A stretch of DNA of 64,000 nucleotides, taken from NCBI GenBank assembly GCA_039028615.1, contig JBCCHT010000010.1:32001-96000 (forward strand), in the 5' to 3' direction. This document shows, piece after piece, positions 21,430-30,182 of this stretch. Under the pieces are notes generated by a model that was not told the origin of the DNA, did not search any database, and saw only the letters and a program-made list of their open reading frames with translations. Source of the DNA: Myxococcota bacterium (GTDB lineage: Bacteria; Myxococcota_A; Polyangia; Nannocystales; Nannocystaceae). How positions within the stretch are numbered: position 1 is the first letter of the stretch; every line of letters starts with the position of its first letter. The position numbers were made by a program, and so were the translations under genes.

Positions 21430-22233
21430 CTAGGGGGCTTTGGTCGCGGCGGAAGCAGGGCGGCGTAGCGTCACCAGCGGATCGGTCGGCTCGGGTCCGC
21501 AGTAGTCCAGACCAAGGCCGAGCAAGGCATCCAGCATCGCGCTGAAGGTGGGCTCGGCGAGGGTCCGACGCGATCGAGTATAGGAGCACCAGGCCACGCT
21601 GCGGTCCCACCCCAACGAGCAGAAGCGCGGGCTGGCGGCGCAGCCCTGCAGGCAGGTCATGGACTGGAACGGGCCCGCGGCGACCGTGGCCAGCTCTTCG
21701 GGGCTCGGCGTGTCTTGGCCGCGCATGGGCAGGTAGACGATGCGCTCGTTGTCGATGCCGGCGTCGTGCAGGCGGCGAGCGGCATCGCGGGAGGCGGGCA
21801 GGGTGGAGCGCTGCACGAGCAGGTTGATGCCGCTGCGGATGCCGGCGTCGGCCAGCGCGTGGACGTGCTCGATGACCCGCTGTACCTCGGCGAGGCGACC
21901 GGGGAAGTGGATGGAGACGTGGACTTTGTCCGGCTGGGCTTCGAGCACGCGGTCGAAGGTGGCGGAGTCGAGCAGGGGCAGCCCGTTGGTGGTGAACGAG
22001 CGAAACAGCTGCCCCCGCAGGGCCTCGAGCACGGGCCACAGCAGCGGCGACTCGAGGGGCTCGCCCCCGCCGAACGAGACCGCCTCGACCCCGTGGGCGG
22101 CACAGTCACGCACGAACGCAACGAGGTCGTCCGCGGTCCACTGCGTCGAGCCCTGGGCCGAGCTGTGCGAGTAGCAGAACCAGCAGGCCTTGCTGCAGCG
22201 CTGGCTCAGCTCGATGGACAGGCGGGTGAACAT
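21430..22233 (-). CDS. Radical SAM protein with C-terminal Cys cluster (Twitch/SPASM-like)
   Basis: CSKACWFC (CxxxCxxC), FGGGEP, TTNG; C-terminal CLQGC...FC...WC. Confidence 0.92.
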   Translation of the reverse strand: MFTRLSIELSQRCSKACWFCYSHSSAQGSTQWTADDLVAFVRDCAAHGVEAVSFGGGEPLESPLLWPVLEALRGQLFRSFTTNGLPLLDSATFDRVLEAQPDKVHVSIHFPGRLAEVQRVIEHVHALADAGIRSGINLLVQRSTLPASRDAARRLHDAGIDNERIVYLPMRGQDTPSPEELATVAAGPFQSMTCLQGCAASPRFCSLGWDRSVAWCSYTRSRRTLAEPTFSAMLDALLGLGLDYCGPEPTDPLVTLRRPASAATKAP

Positions 22234-22378
22234 GCGGAACGAACGAGCCGTTCGATGCTAGCGACAATCCCGCGATTGTGGCTCGGCTCGGTGGCCGCTC
22301 GGACACGAACAAACGGCGCCGGATGCGTGCACGCATCGAACGGCGCCGTGACGGCAGGTCCTGCGAGAGGACGACGAC

Positions 22379-22846
22379 CTAGAGGAAAGTGCTGAGGTAC
22401 AGCGCCAGGCAGTACCAGGGCGTGCCCGCGAGCAGCAGGGCCCGACGGGCGCGAGCCAAGTTGGTCTTGCTGCCGCCGACCACGATGGCCGCGACGGCGA
22501 GGCACCAGGCGAACGCCGCCACCACCACGGCCATGGCGAAGCTCTTGAGCGTCAGCGGGGCCAAGGTGGGCACCAGCCAACCCAGCGCGGCGACCAGCGT
22601 GAGCCCCACCGGGAGGTAGGCCACCAGCATCGACGCGGTGGAGATGACCGGATGAGACGCGGTGGTCGAGGGCCGACGCAGGTGCGAAAGGACCCAGGCC
22701 AGCAGGAAGACGAAGCTGCACACGAGGGCCAGCACGACGCCGCCCATCACCAAGATCTCCTGAATTCGCTTGAGCAGCTCGAGCAGCCGATCGAGATCGG
22801 GGAGCGCGGCGAGCTCGGAGAGGTTCAGGGCGACCGTGGCGAGCAT
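22379..22846 (-). CDS. Hypothetical membrane protein (about 4 TM)
   Basis: Four hydrophobic segments; ATG 6 nt downstream of TGC-TACACT. Confidence 0.7.
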   Translation of the reverse strand: MLATVALNLSELAALPDLDRLLELLKRIQEILVMGGVVLALVCSFVFLLAWVLSHLRRPSTTASHPVISTASMLVAYLPVGLTLVAALGWLVPTLAPLTLKSFAMAVVVAAFAWCLAVAAIVVGGSKTNLARARRALLLAGTPWYCLALYLSTFL

Positions 22847-22959
22847 GGGGGCAGTGTAGCAACCGAGCCGCGCGCGACCAGCGGATCCACGGTGCCGGAC
22901 CGGGTGTTGCGCGGCTTTGGCGAACACCAAAACCGCGTATGTGGCGCGCCCTCGGACCC

Positions 22960-22988
22960 TTGCGACCGGCGCGAGGGTCGGGTACACC
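22960..22988 (+). promoter_or_regulatory. Candidate sigma70-type promoter of the tRNA
   Basis: TTGCGA-N17-TACACC ending 16 nt before the tRNA. Confidence 0.45.
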
Positions 22989-23004
22989 CACCGCCCTTCC
23001 AAGC

Positions 23005-23078
23005 GCGCGCGTAGCTCAGCTGGATAGAGTATCGGCTTCCGAAGCCGAGGGTCGCAGGTTCGAACCCTGCCGCGCGTA
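23005..23078 (+). tRNA. tRNA-Arg, anticodon CCG (3' CCA not fully encoded)
   Basis: Acceptor GCGCGCG/CGCGCGT; D-arm TAGCTCAGCTGGATAGAGT; anticodon arm TCGGC-TTCCGAA-GCCGA; T-arm GCAGG-TTCGAAC-CCTGC. Confidence 0.97.
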
Positions 23079-23085
23079 CCGCCCA

Positions 23086-23122
23086 ACAGCCTCGCAGGCC
23101 CCCTGCGGGGCTGTCGTCGTTT
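23086..23122 (+). terminator. Hairpin downstream of the tRNA
   Basis: ACAGCCTCGCAGG / CCTGCGGGGCTGT stem followed by CGTCGTTT. Confidence 0.55.
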
Positions 23123-23144
23123 CGGCGGCTGGTACGCTGATGGA

Positions 23145-23447
23145 ATGACCGAGCCCGACGACCAGGAACGACGAGAGCGGGCTGCGATCTTGGCTCGGCG
23201 GCAGCGCTTCGTGTCGGCGGCGCTGACCGGCATCACCACCAGCACGCTGGCGACGGCATGCGCGTGCCTCAACGTGGCGACCGAAGCGGCTCCGGTCACG
23301 CCCGACGACGGGGCCGAGGCGGAGGAGCCGACCGCGGTCGAGGGTGCGGATGCCCCCGCGCCCGAAGAGGGCGCCGACGACGGTGAGGCGGCGGCCGAAG
23401 GCGCGGAAGAGCCCGCGGCCGAAGCCGCAGCCGACTCCGCCGAGTAG
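23145..23447 (+). CDS. Small acidic protein, possibly exported (RR leader, ACAC)
   Basis: ILARRQRFVSAAL...LATACACL then an Ala/Glu-rich tail; GC3-rich codons. Confidence 0.7.
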   Translation: MTEPDDQERRERAAILARRQRFVSAALTGITTSTLATACACLNVATEAAPVTPDDGAEAEEPTAVEGADAPAPEEGADDGEAAAEGAEEPAAEAAADSAE

Positions 23448-23555
23448 TCGGGTCGCGTCGAGCAGGCGCGGCACGGCAGAGCACGATCGCTCGGCGAACA
23501 CCTACGCGTAGGTTCGCCGTCGCGCGCATCGATCTCTCGCCAGCGGGAGTCACGG

Positions 23556-23606
23556 GTGGATGACGGGTGTGGATGACGGTCGATCGACACGACCACCGTC
23601 ATTCAC
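23556..23606. promoter_or_regulatory. Triple 11-bp motif, candidate operator
   Basis: GTGGATGACGG at 23556 and 23569; inverted copy with one mismatch at 23596-23606. Confidence 0.5.
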
Positions 23607-23663
23607 CCGATGTCTGGAATTCGGCGTCTGCCGCAAGGTGGAAAGCGTCGAAGGACAACGACC

Positions 23664-24587
23664 ATGACCAAGACCCGTACCTCCGCTTTCGCCACTACGT
23701 ATCGTTCCATCGGCGCCGTGATCATCGGCGCGATGTCGCTCAACTGCACCGCATCCCCCGACGGTTTCGAGCCCACCATCGACGGTCTCGAAGAGTCCGA
23801 GGCCGAGGAGATCGACGAGAACCTCATCGCGGTCATCGATGCGCCGGACGACGATCCCGAGCGCAGCTACTACGAGCTTCGAAGCCTCGAGATCGACGGC
23901 GCGTTCGAGCTGCGCGGCTACTCCGACGAGGGCTACGTCTCGCGCCTGAAGATGCAGCAGTTCTACGACCTCGAGCTCGAGCCCTGGGTGCAGATCGAGC
24001 TGGACGACGAGGACCTGTCGATGGCGGGGCACTTCCGCTTCGTCCGCGACGAGGACGGCCGACCCACGCTCGAGCTCGACGCCGACGTCAACGGTCGCAT
24101 CGTCGCGATCCGCATGGATCCCAGCGCTCCCGAGGACGCCGAGATCTTCGGGTTCCCGGGCGCGCCCGAGGGGGTGTTCTCGTCGCTCATGGCGTACGAC
24201 GACACCACCGGGTTCGCGCAGCGCTTCATGACTTCCTGGCAGCGCATGGGGGCGATCGGGCCCGACCTCAAGCGGGAGCTGAGCGGGGCGGACGACTTCA
24301 AGTTCCGCAGCGGCGTCACGTGCATCGGCTGCGTCTTCGATGCGCTGAGCGCCTCGGTACTCTCGGGGGCCTGTGTGGCGGCTGCGGCCGCGGCGGGGGC
24401 GACCTGCGCCGCGCCGCCCACCGCGGTCGCTTGCCCGGCTGCCGTCGCGGTGGCGGCGGGAGCCTGCGGGGTGGCTCTGCAAGAAATCTCGAACTTCCTC
24501 AATACCTGCGTGGGCGCCTGTGCGGACGACGGTCCGATCCACGACCCCTGCGCGGGCGGGTGCTCCTGCCCCGGCGGCCGCGAGTAA
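23664..24587 (+). CDS. Probable lipoprotein with C-terminal Cys/Ala-rich hairpin domain
   Basis: AAGGA RBS; signal ending MSLN-C; acidic N-domain; 11 Cys in the last ~90 aa. Confidence 0.8.
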   Translation: MTKTRTSAFATTYRSIGAVIIGAMSLNCTASPDGFEPTIDGLEESEAEEIDENLIAVIDAPDDDPERSYYELRSLEIDGAFELRGYSDEGYVSRLKMQQFYDLELEPWVQIELDDEDLSMAGHFRFVRDEDGRPTLELDADVNGRIVAIRMDPSAPEDAEIFGFPGAPEGVFSSLMAYDDTTGFAQRFMTSWQRMGAIGPDLKRELSGADDFKFRSGVTCIGCVFDALSASVLSGACVAAAAAAGATCAAPPTAVACPAAVAVAAGACGVALQEISNFLNTCVGACADDGPIHDPCAGGCSCPGGRE

Positions 24588-24595
24588 CCGCGACG

Positions 24596-27427
24596 CTACA
24601 GAGCCGCGTCGACCATCGTCGACGCGGCTCCTTCGATCCCTTGGACAATGGTCGCGGCGTCGTGGTTGTCGAGCTGGGCGATCCAATCGTCCAGCTCGGC
24701 ACCACGATGACCGTCGATGTTGCGCCACCACGGCATCCGGGCGCGGGCCCACCGGGCGAACCTGCGCGCTTCGTCGCGGTGCCCCGCCCGCGCCTCCAGC
24801 TTCGACATCATCATGGCCATCACCTCGTCGGAGGAGGTCTCGTTGGCGAGCCACTGGTACCCCAGCTCGAGCGCATGCTGGTGTCGGCCCGCTCGCATGG
24901 CGAGCTTCATGCGCTCCTGCACGATGCGGGAGCGCAGCTCGCCGCCCGCCGCGTCGTCGCCCGCGAGGGCTCGCGCGGGTTCCAGGGCCCGCAGCGCGGC
25001 CGCATCGTTGCCCGCCGACAGCTCGATGATCGCGAGCCCCAGATACACCCAGCCCTGCCGCACTGGAGGCATGGTGGTGGTCTCGAGGTCGCGGACCAGC
25101 GCCTCGATCTCGACGAGTGCCCGATCGTTGCGTCCGGCATCGTCGAGGCCCACCGCCAGAGACTGGCGAACCTGCATGGTCTCGGGATGCGACGGGCCCA
25201 AGGTCTCGCGCAGCACGGCCACGCTGCGGTCGAGGTAGCCGATGGCCGTCTCGAGCTCGCCGCGGGCCATGGCGAAGGCTCCGAGGTTGGCGAGCACCCG
25301 GCCCACCCGCGGGTGCACGGGGCCCTGCGTCGCCTCGTGAATGCGCAGCGCCTCTTCGAGCTCGGCCCGTGCTCCGTCCTGGTCCTGGGAGCGAGCGAGC
25401 ACGATGCCGTAGTTGTTGCGCGCGATCGCGATGGAGGGGTGCTCGGTGCCCAGCAGGCGCACGCGCACCGCGAGGGCTTCTTCGAGGGCTCGGCGTCCGC
25501 CGTCGAGGTCCGCGGTGGCCATCAGCGCCCGACCGAGGCCCTCGAGCGAAGCGGCCACGGCCAGCGAGGGGCCATCCCGGAGGTCGCGGCGGACCTCGAG
25601 CGCACGACGATGAAGCTGCACCCAGGTCTCGAGCTCGCCGCGGCGGGCGGCCAGCTCGGCCTGGGCGTGGATCACCGCGGCCCACGGCTCGCCCTCGACC
25701 TGGAGGCGCGCGCTTCGAGCCAGCGCGGCTCGGCTCCAGCCCTCGGCGGCCTCGAGATCCGCTTCGTCGTTGACCTTCAGGCGGAGCAGGGCGACCGCGG
25801 CCTGCAGGGCGGTCGTGTCGTCGGCGACCACCACCGCATCGAAGTAGGCCTTGCGCAGGGCATCGGTGGCCTCGGGGTAGCGAGCGAGCTCGGTCAGGGC
25901 TACGCCGCGCTGCAATCGAGCCCGGGCGGCCGCGCTGCCCGTGCCGTGGCGCTGCGCCACCTCGATGGCGGAGTCGGCTCGCTCGAGCGCGGCAGCGGGG
26001 CGCCCTGCGAGGTACTGCGCCTCGGCTTCGGCGAGCCAGCGTTCGAATGCCGGACCTCCCTGTGCGAGCGTGCCCCAGGGCAACCCCGCGGTCGTCCAGC
26101 ACCCGGACGGATCGGGCAGGGACTCGGCGGCTCGGGCCGCGTGTCGTGCGGCGGGCGTGTCGGCGTCGGCGAGGACGTCGACCAGCGCATCGGCCCGCAG
26201 TCGCGCTCGATGCAGGCACGCGACGGTGTTGTCGAGCGAGAGCCCGCGCCCGGCGGCCGGGTGATCGGCGCTGCGGCAGGCCCCTTCCCATGCGCGCGAC
26301 CAGGTCTTGGCGTAGTCGGAGAGCACCGCATCGACGCGGTTGCCCGACGACGAAGCAAAGGTCGCCTCGGTCGATGCCAGGCCTCGCATGACCGCATCGC
26401 GACCACCCGTGGACCACGACGTCGTGGCTGCCGCGTGGGTGCAGGGGTCGTCGAGCTGAATCGGCGGCAGGCCTCCCTGGGTGGTGCTCGCGATGCCGAT
26501 CGCGACCGTGGCCGCGCCGACCAGGAACAGCCGAGGGCCGCGGCGAGGCGGGCGAAGGCGGGCGACCAACGCCCGCATCGAGCCGAAGCGGCGCGCGGGA
26601 TCGGGGCAGAGGCCGCGGCGGAGGGCGCTCCAGATCCTCCGCGGAACTCGGCTGCGATCGACGGGCACCAGCGCTCGCGTTCGCTTGGCGTGGGCCATGG
26701 CCTCCGGGCCTTCGGCGGCGAAGGGGTCGACGCCGAACAGGGCGATGAACAGCGAGACGCACAGCGCATACTGGTCGACGGCCGGGCCGAGGACCTCGCC
26801 CGCATGCTGCTCGGGCGCCATCGTCACCAGGCTGCCCACGCCCGCGGTGGCGCGCGCGTGGTGGGTGGGATCGAAGGTCGCGGCGAGGCCGAAGTCGGCC
26901 ACCATCACGTGTCCACCCGGATCGACCAGCACGTTGTCGAGCTTGAAGTCCCGGTGCAGCAGGCCGACCTCGTGGGCCGCGGCCAGGCCCTGGGCGGCGG
27001 CGATCATGGCGTCGACGATGCGGCCGGGCGACGGTCGTTGCTCGGCGAGCCACGACCGCATCGTGCCGCCCTCACACAGCTTCATCGCGATGAAGGGGCG
27101 GCCGTCATCGGAGCCCACGTCGTAGATGGGCACGATGTTCGGGTGGGATAGCCGCGCCATGGCTCGGGCTTCGTCGGCGAGTCGGCGGACGCGGGTGGCA
27201 TCGTCGCGGCCGGGGAGCAGCAGCTTCAGCGCCACTTGGCGCTCGAGCGTGAGGTCGTAGGCGGCATAGACCACCCCGGAGCCCCCCATGCCCAGTCGGC
27301 GCCCGAGGACGTAGCGACCCAGGCGCTGGCCCAGGCTCAGGCTCTCGGGGGTCCCGTGGGCGGGAGGGTCGTGATGGTTGGATACGGTGACCGCGGTGCG
27401 GTCGCCGAGCGCGACGGCCTCAGTCAA
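24596..27427 (-). CDS. Membrane Ser/Thr protein kinase with TPR domain
   Basis: LGMGGSG, VALK, HRDFKLDN, DFG, MAPEQ; TM; kinesin-light-chain-type TPRs; TTG start overlaps the upstream stop. Confidence 0.92.
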   Translation of the reverse strand: MTEAVALGDRTAVTVSNHHDPPAHGTPESLSLGQRLGRYVLGRRLGMGGSGVVYAAYDLTLERQVALKLLLPGRDDATRVRRLADEARAMARLSHPNIVPIYDVGSDDGRPFIAMKLCEGGTMRSWLAEQRPSPGRIVDAMIAAAQGLAAAHEVGLLHRDFKLDNVLVDPGGHVMVADFGLAATFDPTHHARATAGVGSLVTMAPEQHAGEVLGPAVDQYALCVSLFIALFGVDPFAAEGPEAMAHAKRTRALVPVDRSRVPRRIWSALRRGLCPDPARRFGSMRALVARLRPPRRGPRLFLVGAATVAIGIASTTQGGLPPIQLDDPCTHAAATTSWSTGGRDAVMRGLASTEATFASSSGNRVDAVLSDYAKTWSRAWEGACRSADHPAAGRGLSLDNTVACLHRARLRADALVDVLADADTPAARHAARAAESLPDPSGCWTTAGLPWGTLAQGGPAFERWLAEAEAQYLAGRPAAALERADSAIEVAQRHGTGSAAARARLQRGVALTELARYPEATDALRKAYFDAVVVADDTTALQAAVALLRLKVNDEADLEAAEGWSRAALARSARLQVEGEPWAAVIHAQAELAARRGELETWVQLHRRALEVRRDLRDGPSLAVAASLEGLGRALMATADLDGGRRALEEALAVRVRLLGTEHPSIAIARNNYGIVLARSQDQDGARAELEEALRIHEATQGPVHPRVGRVLANLGAFAMARGELETAIGYLDRSVAVLRETLGPSHPETMQVRQSLAVGLDDAGRNDRALVEIEALVRDLETTTMPPVRQGWVYLGLAIIELSAGNDAAALRALEPARALAGDDAAGGELRSRIVQERMKLAMRAGRHQHALELGYQWLANETSSDEVMAMMMSKLEARAGHRDEARRFARWARARMPWWRNIDGHRGAELDDWIAQLDNHDAATIVQGIEGAASTMVDAAL

Positions 27428-28013
27428 CGGGCTCCTCTTGTAGGCCGTGCTCGAAGAGCCAGCGGGTGAGCTCGGCGCGCGAACCGATGGCGAGCTGGGC
27501 GTAGACGTTCTCGAGATGGCTCGACACCGTGCGCGGAGAGACGCCGAGGTAGCCGGCCACTTCGGAGTTGGTCGAGCCCAGGGCGACCAAGCGGGCGACC
27601 TCGAGCTGGCGGGGGGTGAGCGGGTGCGAGCCGACCGGGGTCAGCGTGGGCTCGGGCGCGCGGCCGAGCTGCACCAAGATGTGGCGGCCCAACGCGATCC
27701 GATCGCCGTCGCGCACGACTGCGACATCGATACGCGTCCGATTGAGGAACGTGCCATTGGTCGAGCCGAGGTCGACGACGTTGATGATGCCTTCGCGGCC
27801 CACCACGATCTTGGCGTGGGCCCGCGATACGCCTCGGGCTACGAGTCGAATGTCGACCTCGGGGCCTCGGCCCAAGATCACTACCGAGCGGCGGAGTCGA
27901 ATGCGACGACCCGGCGACGGTCCTCGCAACACTTCGAGCATGAGTGGACCCGCAGTGGGCTCCGGGCCCACCGGATCATGAGTCGTATTGGCATCGACGG
28001 CGGCGAGGACCAT
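27420..28013 (-). CDS. FHA domain + LuxR-type HTH regulator
   Basis: LGR...VSRAHA...DLGSTNGT (FHA); LTPRQLEVARLVALGSTNSEVA...SPRTVSSHL (LuxR HTH). Confidence 0.92.
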   Translation of the reverse strand: MVLAAVDANTTHDPVGPEPTAGPLMLEVLRGPSPGRRIRLRRSVVILGRGPEVDIRLVARGVSRAHAKIVVGREGIINVVDLGSTNGTFLNRTRIDVAVVRDGDRIALGRHILVQLGRAPEPTLTPVGSHPLTPRQLEVARLVALGSTNSEVAGYLGVSPRTVSSHLENVYAQLAIGSRAELTRWLFEHGLQEEPVD

Positions 28014-28245
28014 AATCTAATAAAACAGTGATACCTCGCGATCGCCCATAGGTATGGGAACGTTCTCCGTTGCCTTTCCTCACCGCCTCACGGGCTGTTT
28101 TTCACGAATTGATGAAACAAGGCGAAGTGGCACAATCGGCGAACTCGCGCGCGGAAACGACCGAGAATCGAGTGTGCTGCAGCACCAAAATTCATGACCT
28201 CGGAGGTCATCGTCGGTAGACACCCGTCAACTCAAACTCGAAGGT

Positions 28246-29157
28246 ATGTCGATCCCGGATCGAAGCCGCCTTCTTCGCATTGCCCTTTGGGGCAATGCCG
28301 CGCTGTCCACAACCTGTGTCGTCGTGCTCATGGCATGGACCGAAGCGCTGACCCGTGAACTCGGCGTCGGCGCGCTGTGGCTCTACGGCCTCGCCGCCGG
28401 CTTGGCGGGCTTCGTCGCCATGCTCGGATGGCAAGCGAGCCGCCCCGCGCTCGATACCGCCGACGCGCTGGCGACCTCGCTTGGTGATGCGGCGTGGGTC
28501 GTGGGCAGCGCCGTGGTGCTGGTGGTGCAACCGGACGCGTTGACGCCGACGGGCTCCGTGTTGGTCGCCGCCGTCGCGTCGGGCGTGGGCACGGCGGGGG
28601 TGGCCCAGCTGCTCGGGATCCGTCGTCTCATTGCCGAGCCGGATCCGAGTCGGTCGACCCGCAGTCGCGTCGAGGTGGTGGTCGACGTCGAGGCGAGCCG
28701 GACCGCGCTGTGGGCCGTGGTCGCGGATCTCGGATCGATCGAGCGGTACTCGCCCGGGTTGGCGTCCTCGTTTCTCCGCGACGACGCGACACCGGGTCGC
28801 GGTGCCGTACGCGAGTGTGCGAGCACCCGAGGTCAGCGCTGGGCCGAGCGCGTCACCGATTGGCAGCCGGGTCACGGCTTGGAGGTCGACTTCCTCACCG
28901 ACGAGCCCGACTTTCCGTTTCCCATGGCACCCATGACCGGAGGCTGGCGGCTCGAGTCGCGACAGCCGGGGCGGACCCGAGTGACCTTGTGGTGGTCGTT
29001 CACCACCCGGCCCGGTTGGGCGGCCCCGCTGCTCGTGCCGATCATGGCCCGTCGAATGCGGCGCGACTTTCCCCCCGTGCTGCGGGCGATGGCCGCGGAT
29101 GCGCGAGGGGCTCGACCTTCGGTCGCTCCGCACCGGCTGCAAACGGCATCTGCATGA
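28246..29157 (+). CDS. Membrane protein fused to an SRPBCC (polyketide cyclase/START-like) domain
   Basis: Four N-terminal TMs; LWAVVADLGSIERYSP...GAVREC...ERVTDWQPG. Confidence 0.8.
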   Translation: MSIPDRSRLLRIALWGNAALSTTCVVVLMAWTEALTRELGVGALWLYGLAAGLAGFVAMLGWQASRPALDTADALATSLGDAAWVVGSAVVLVVQPDALTPTGSVLVAAVASGVGTAGVAQLLGIRRLIAEPDPSRSTRSRVEVVVDVEASRTALWAVVADLGSIERYSPGLASSFLRDDATPGRGAVRECASTRGQRWAERVTDWQPGHGLEVDFLTDEPDFPFPMAPMTGGWRLESRQPGRTRVTLWWSFTTRPGWAAPLLVPIMARRMRRDFPPVLRAMAADARGARPSVAPHRLQTASA

Positions 29158-29264
29158 CGCGTCGGCCATCCCACGGGGGGATGAACCGGATGTAGGCGGA
29201 CTCCCGAGACCCGCCCCTCGGGGGCCCGCGCGACTTCGACCGGGGGCTGCTACGATGCGTCCCG

Positions 29265-30182
29265 GTGTTCGAGCGGATCTCGCCCGCCACGGGTTCTCGC
29301 CCCTCGTGGCGCTCGCGTCTGGCCGAGCTGGCCTTCGATGCGCGTCGTCGCATCGGTCGGCTGCGCCTGCACGAGACCCGGGCCGGTCGCTTCGTGGTGC
29401 CGCTGCTCGACGGGGGTCCGCCCTCGGACGAGGCGCCCGTGGTGCTGGTGCACGGGTTCTCGGACACCAAGGACAGCTTCGTCGACGTGGCGCGGCTGCT
29501 CACCGGGTCGCGGCGGGTGATCTTGCCGGACCTGCCGGGGTTCTCCGACGCGAGCCAGCCCGTCGACCACCACTACGACCTGCCCGGGATCAGCGAGGTG
29601 CTCTACGAGGCCTTGCGGGCGTACGGCCTGGGCCCGGTGCACCTGGTCGGCAACTCGCTCGGGGGCGCGGTGGTGGCTCATCTCGCGCTCGAGCATCCGC
29701 AGTGGGTGCGCTCGTTGTGCCTGGTGGGCTCGGCCGGGGTCGCGATGCCGATCCCCAGCGCGCTGCAGCGCCATATCGAGGCCGGCTACAACCCCTTCGT
29801 CATCCGTAGCGCGGACGAGTACGGGCCCTTCGTGCGCATGGTGGTCGAGCGCATGCCGCCCGGTGCCACGCTCGTCCAGTCGCTCATGGCCGAGCGCTTC
29901 TTTGCGCGCCGGGCGATGAACCAGAAGATCCTCGACGAACTGCTCGAGGGCGACTTCGATCTCACCGAGCGGCTGCCGGAGCTCGACGTGCCCACGATGA
30001 TCCTGTGGGGGGACCGCGACCGCCTCGTCGATCTCTCGGCCGGTCGCGTCTTTCATCGGGGGATCCGAGACTCGCGCTTGGTGGTAATGCACGGCATCGG
30101 GCACTGCCCGCAGGTCGAGTCGCCGCGGGGCACGGCGCGGCGCATCGTCGAGAACATCGCCCGCGCCGAGGAGCGAGCATGA
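29265..30182 (+). CDS. Alpha/beta hydrolase
   Basis: LVHGFS, PDLPGF, GNSLGG nucleophile elbow, WGDRD, IGHCP. Confidence 0.92.
   Translation: MFERISPATGSRPSWRSRLAELAFDARRRIGRLRLHETRAGRFVVPLLDGGPPSDEAPVVLVHGFSDTKDSFVDVARLLTGSRRVILPDLPGFSDASQPVDHHYDLPGISEVLYEALRAYGLGPVHLVGNSLGGAVVAHLALEHPQWVRSLCLVGSAGVAMPIPSALQRHIEAGYNPFVIRSADEYGPFVRMVVERMPPGATLVQSLMAERFFARRAMNQKILDELLEGDFDLTERLPELDVPTMILWGDRDRLVDLSAGRVFHRGIRDSRLVVMHGIGHCPQVESPRGTARRIVENIARAEERA

Noticed and set aside
21430..22233. Calling the radical SAM protein a prokaryotic viperin
   Set aside because: Only generic radical SAM motifs are recognisable, and the extra Cys cluster suggests another subfamily; an HMM search is needed
23005..29157. 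Integrative island at tRNA-Arg
   Set aside because: No integrase or transposase, and I found no duplicated tRNA 3' end in the window
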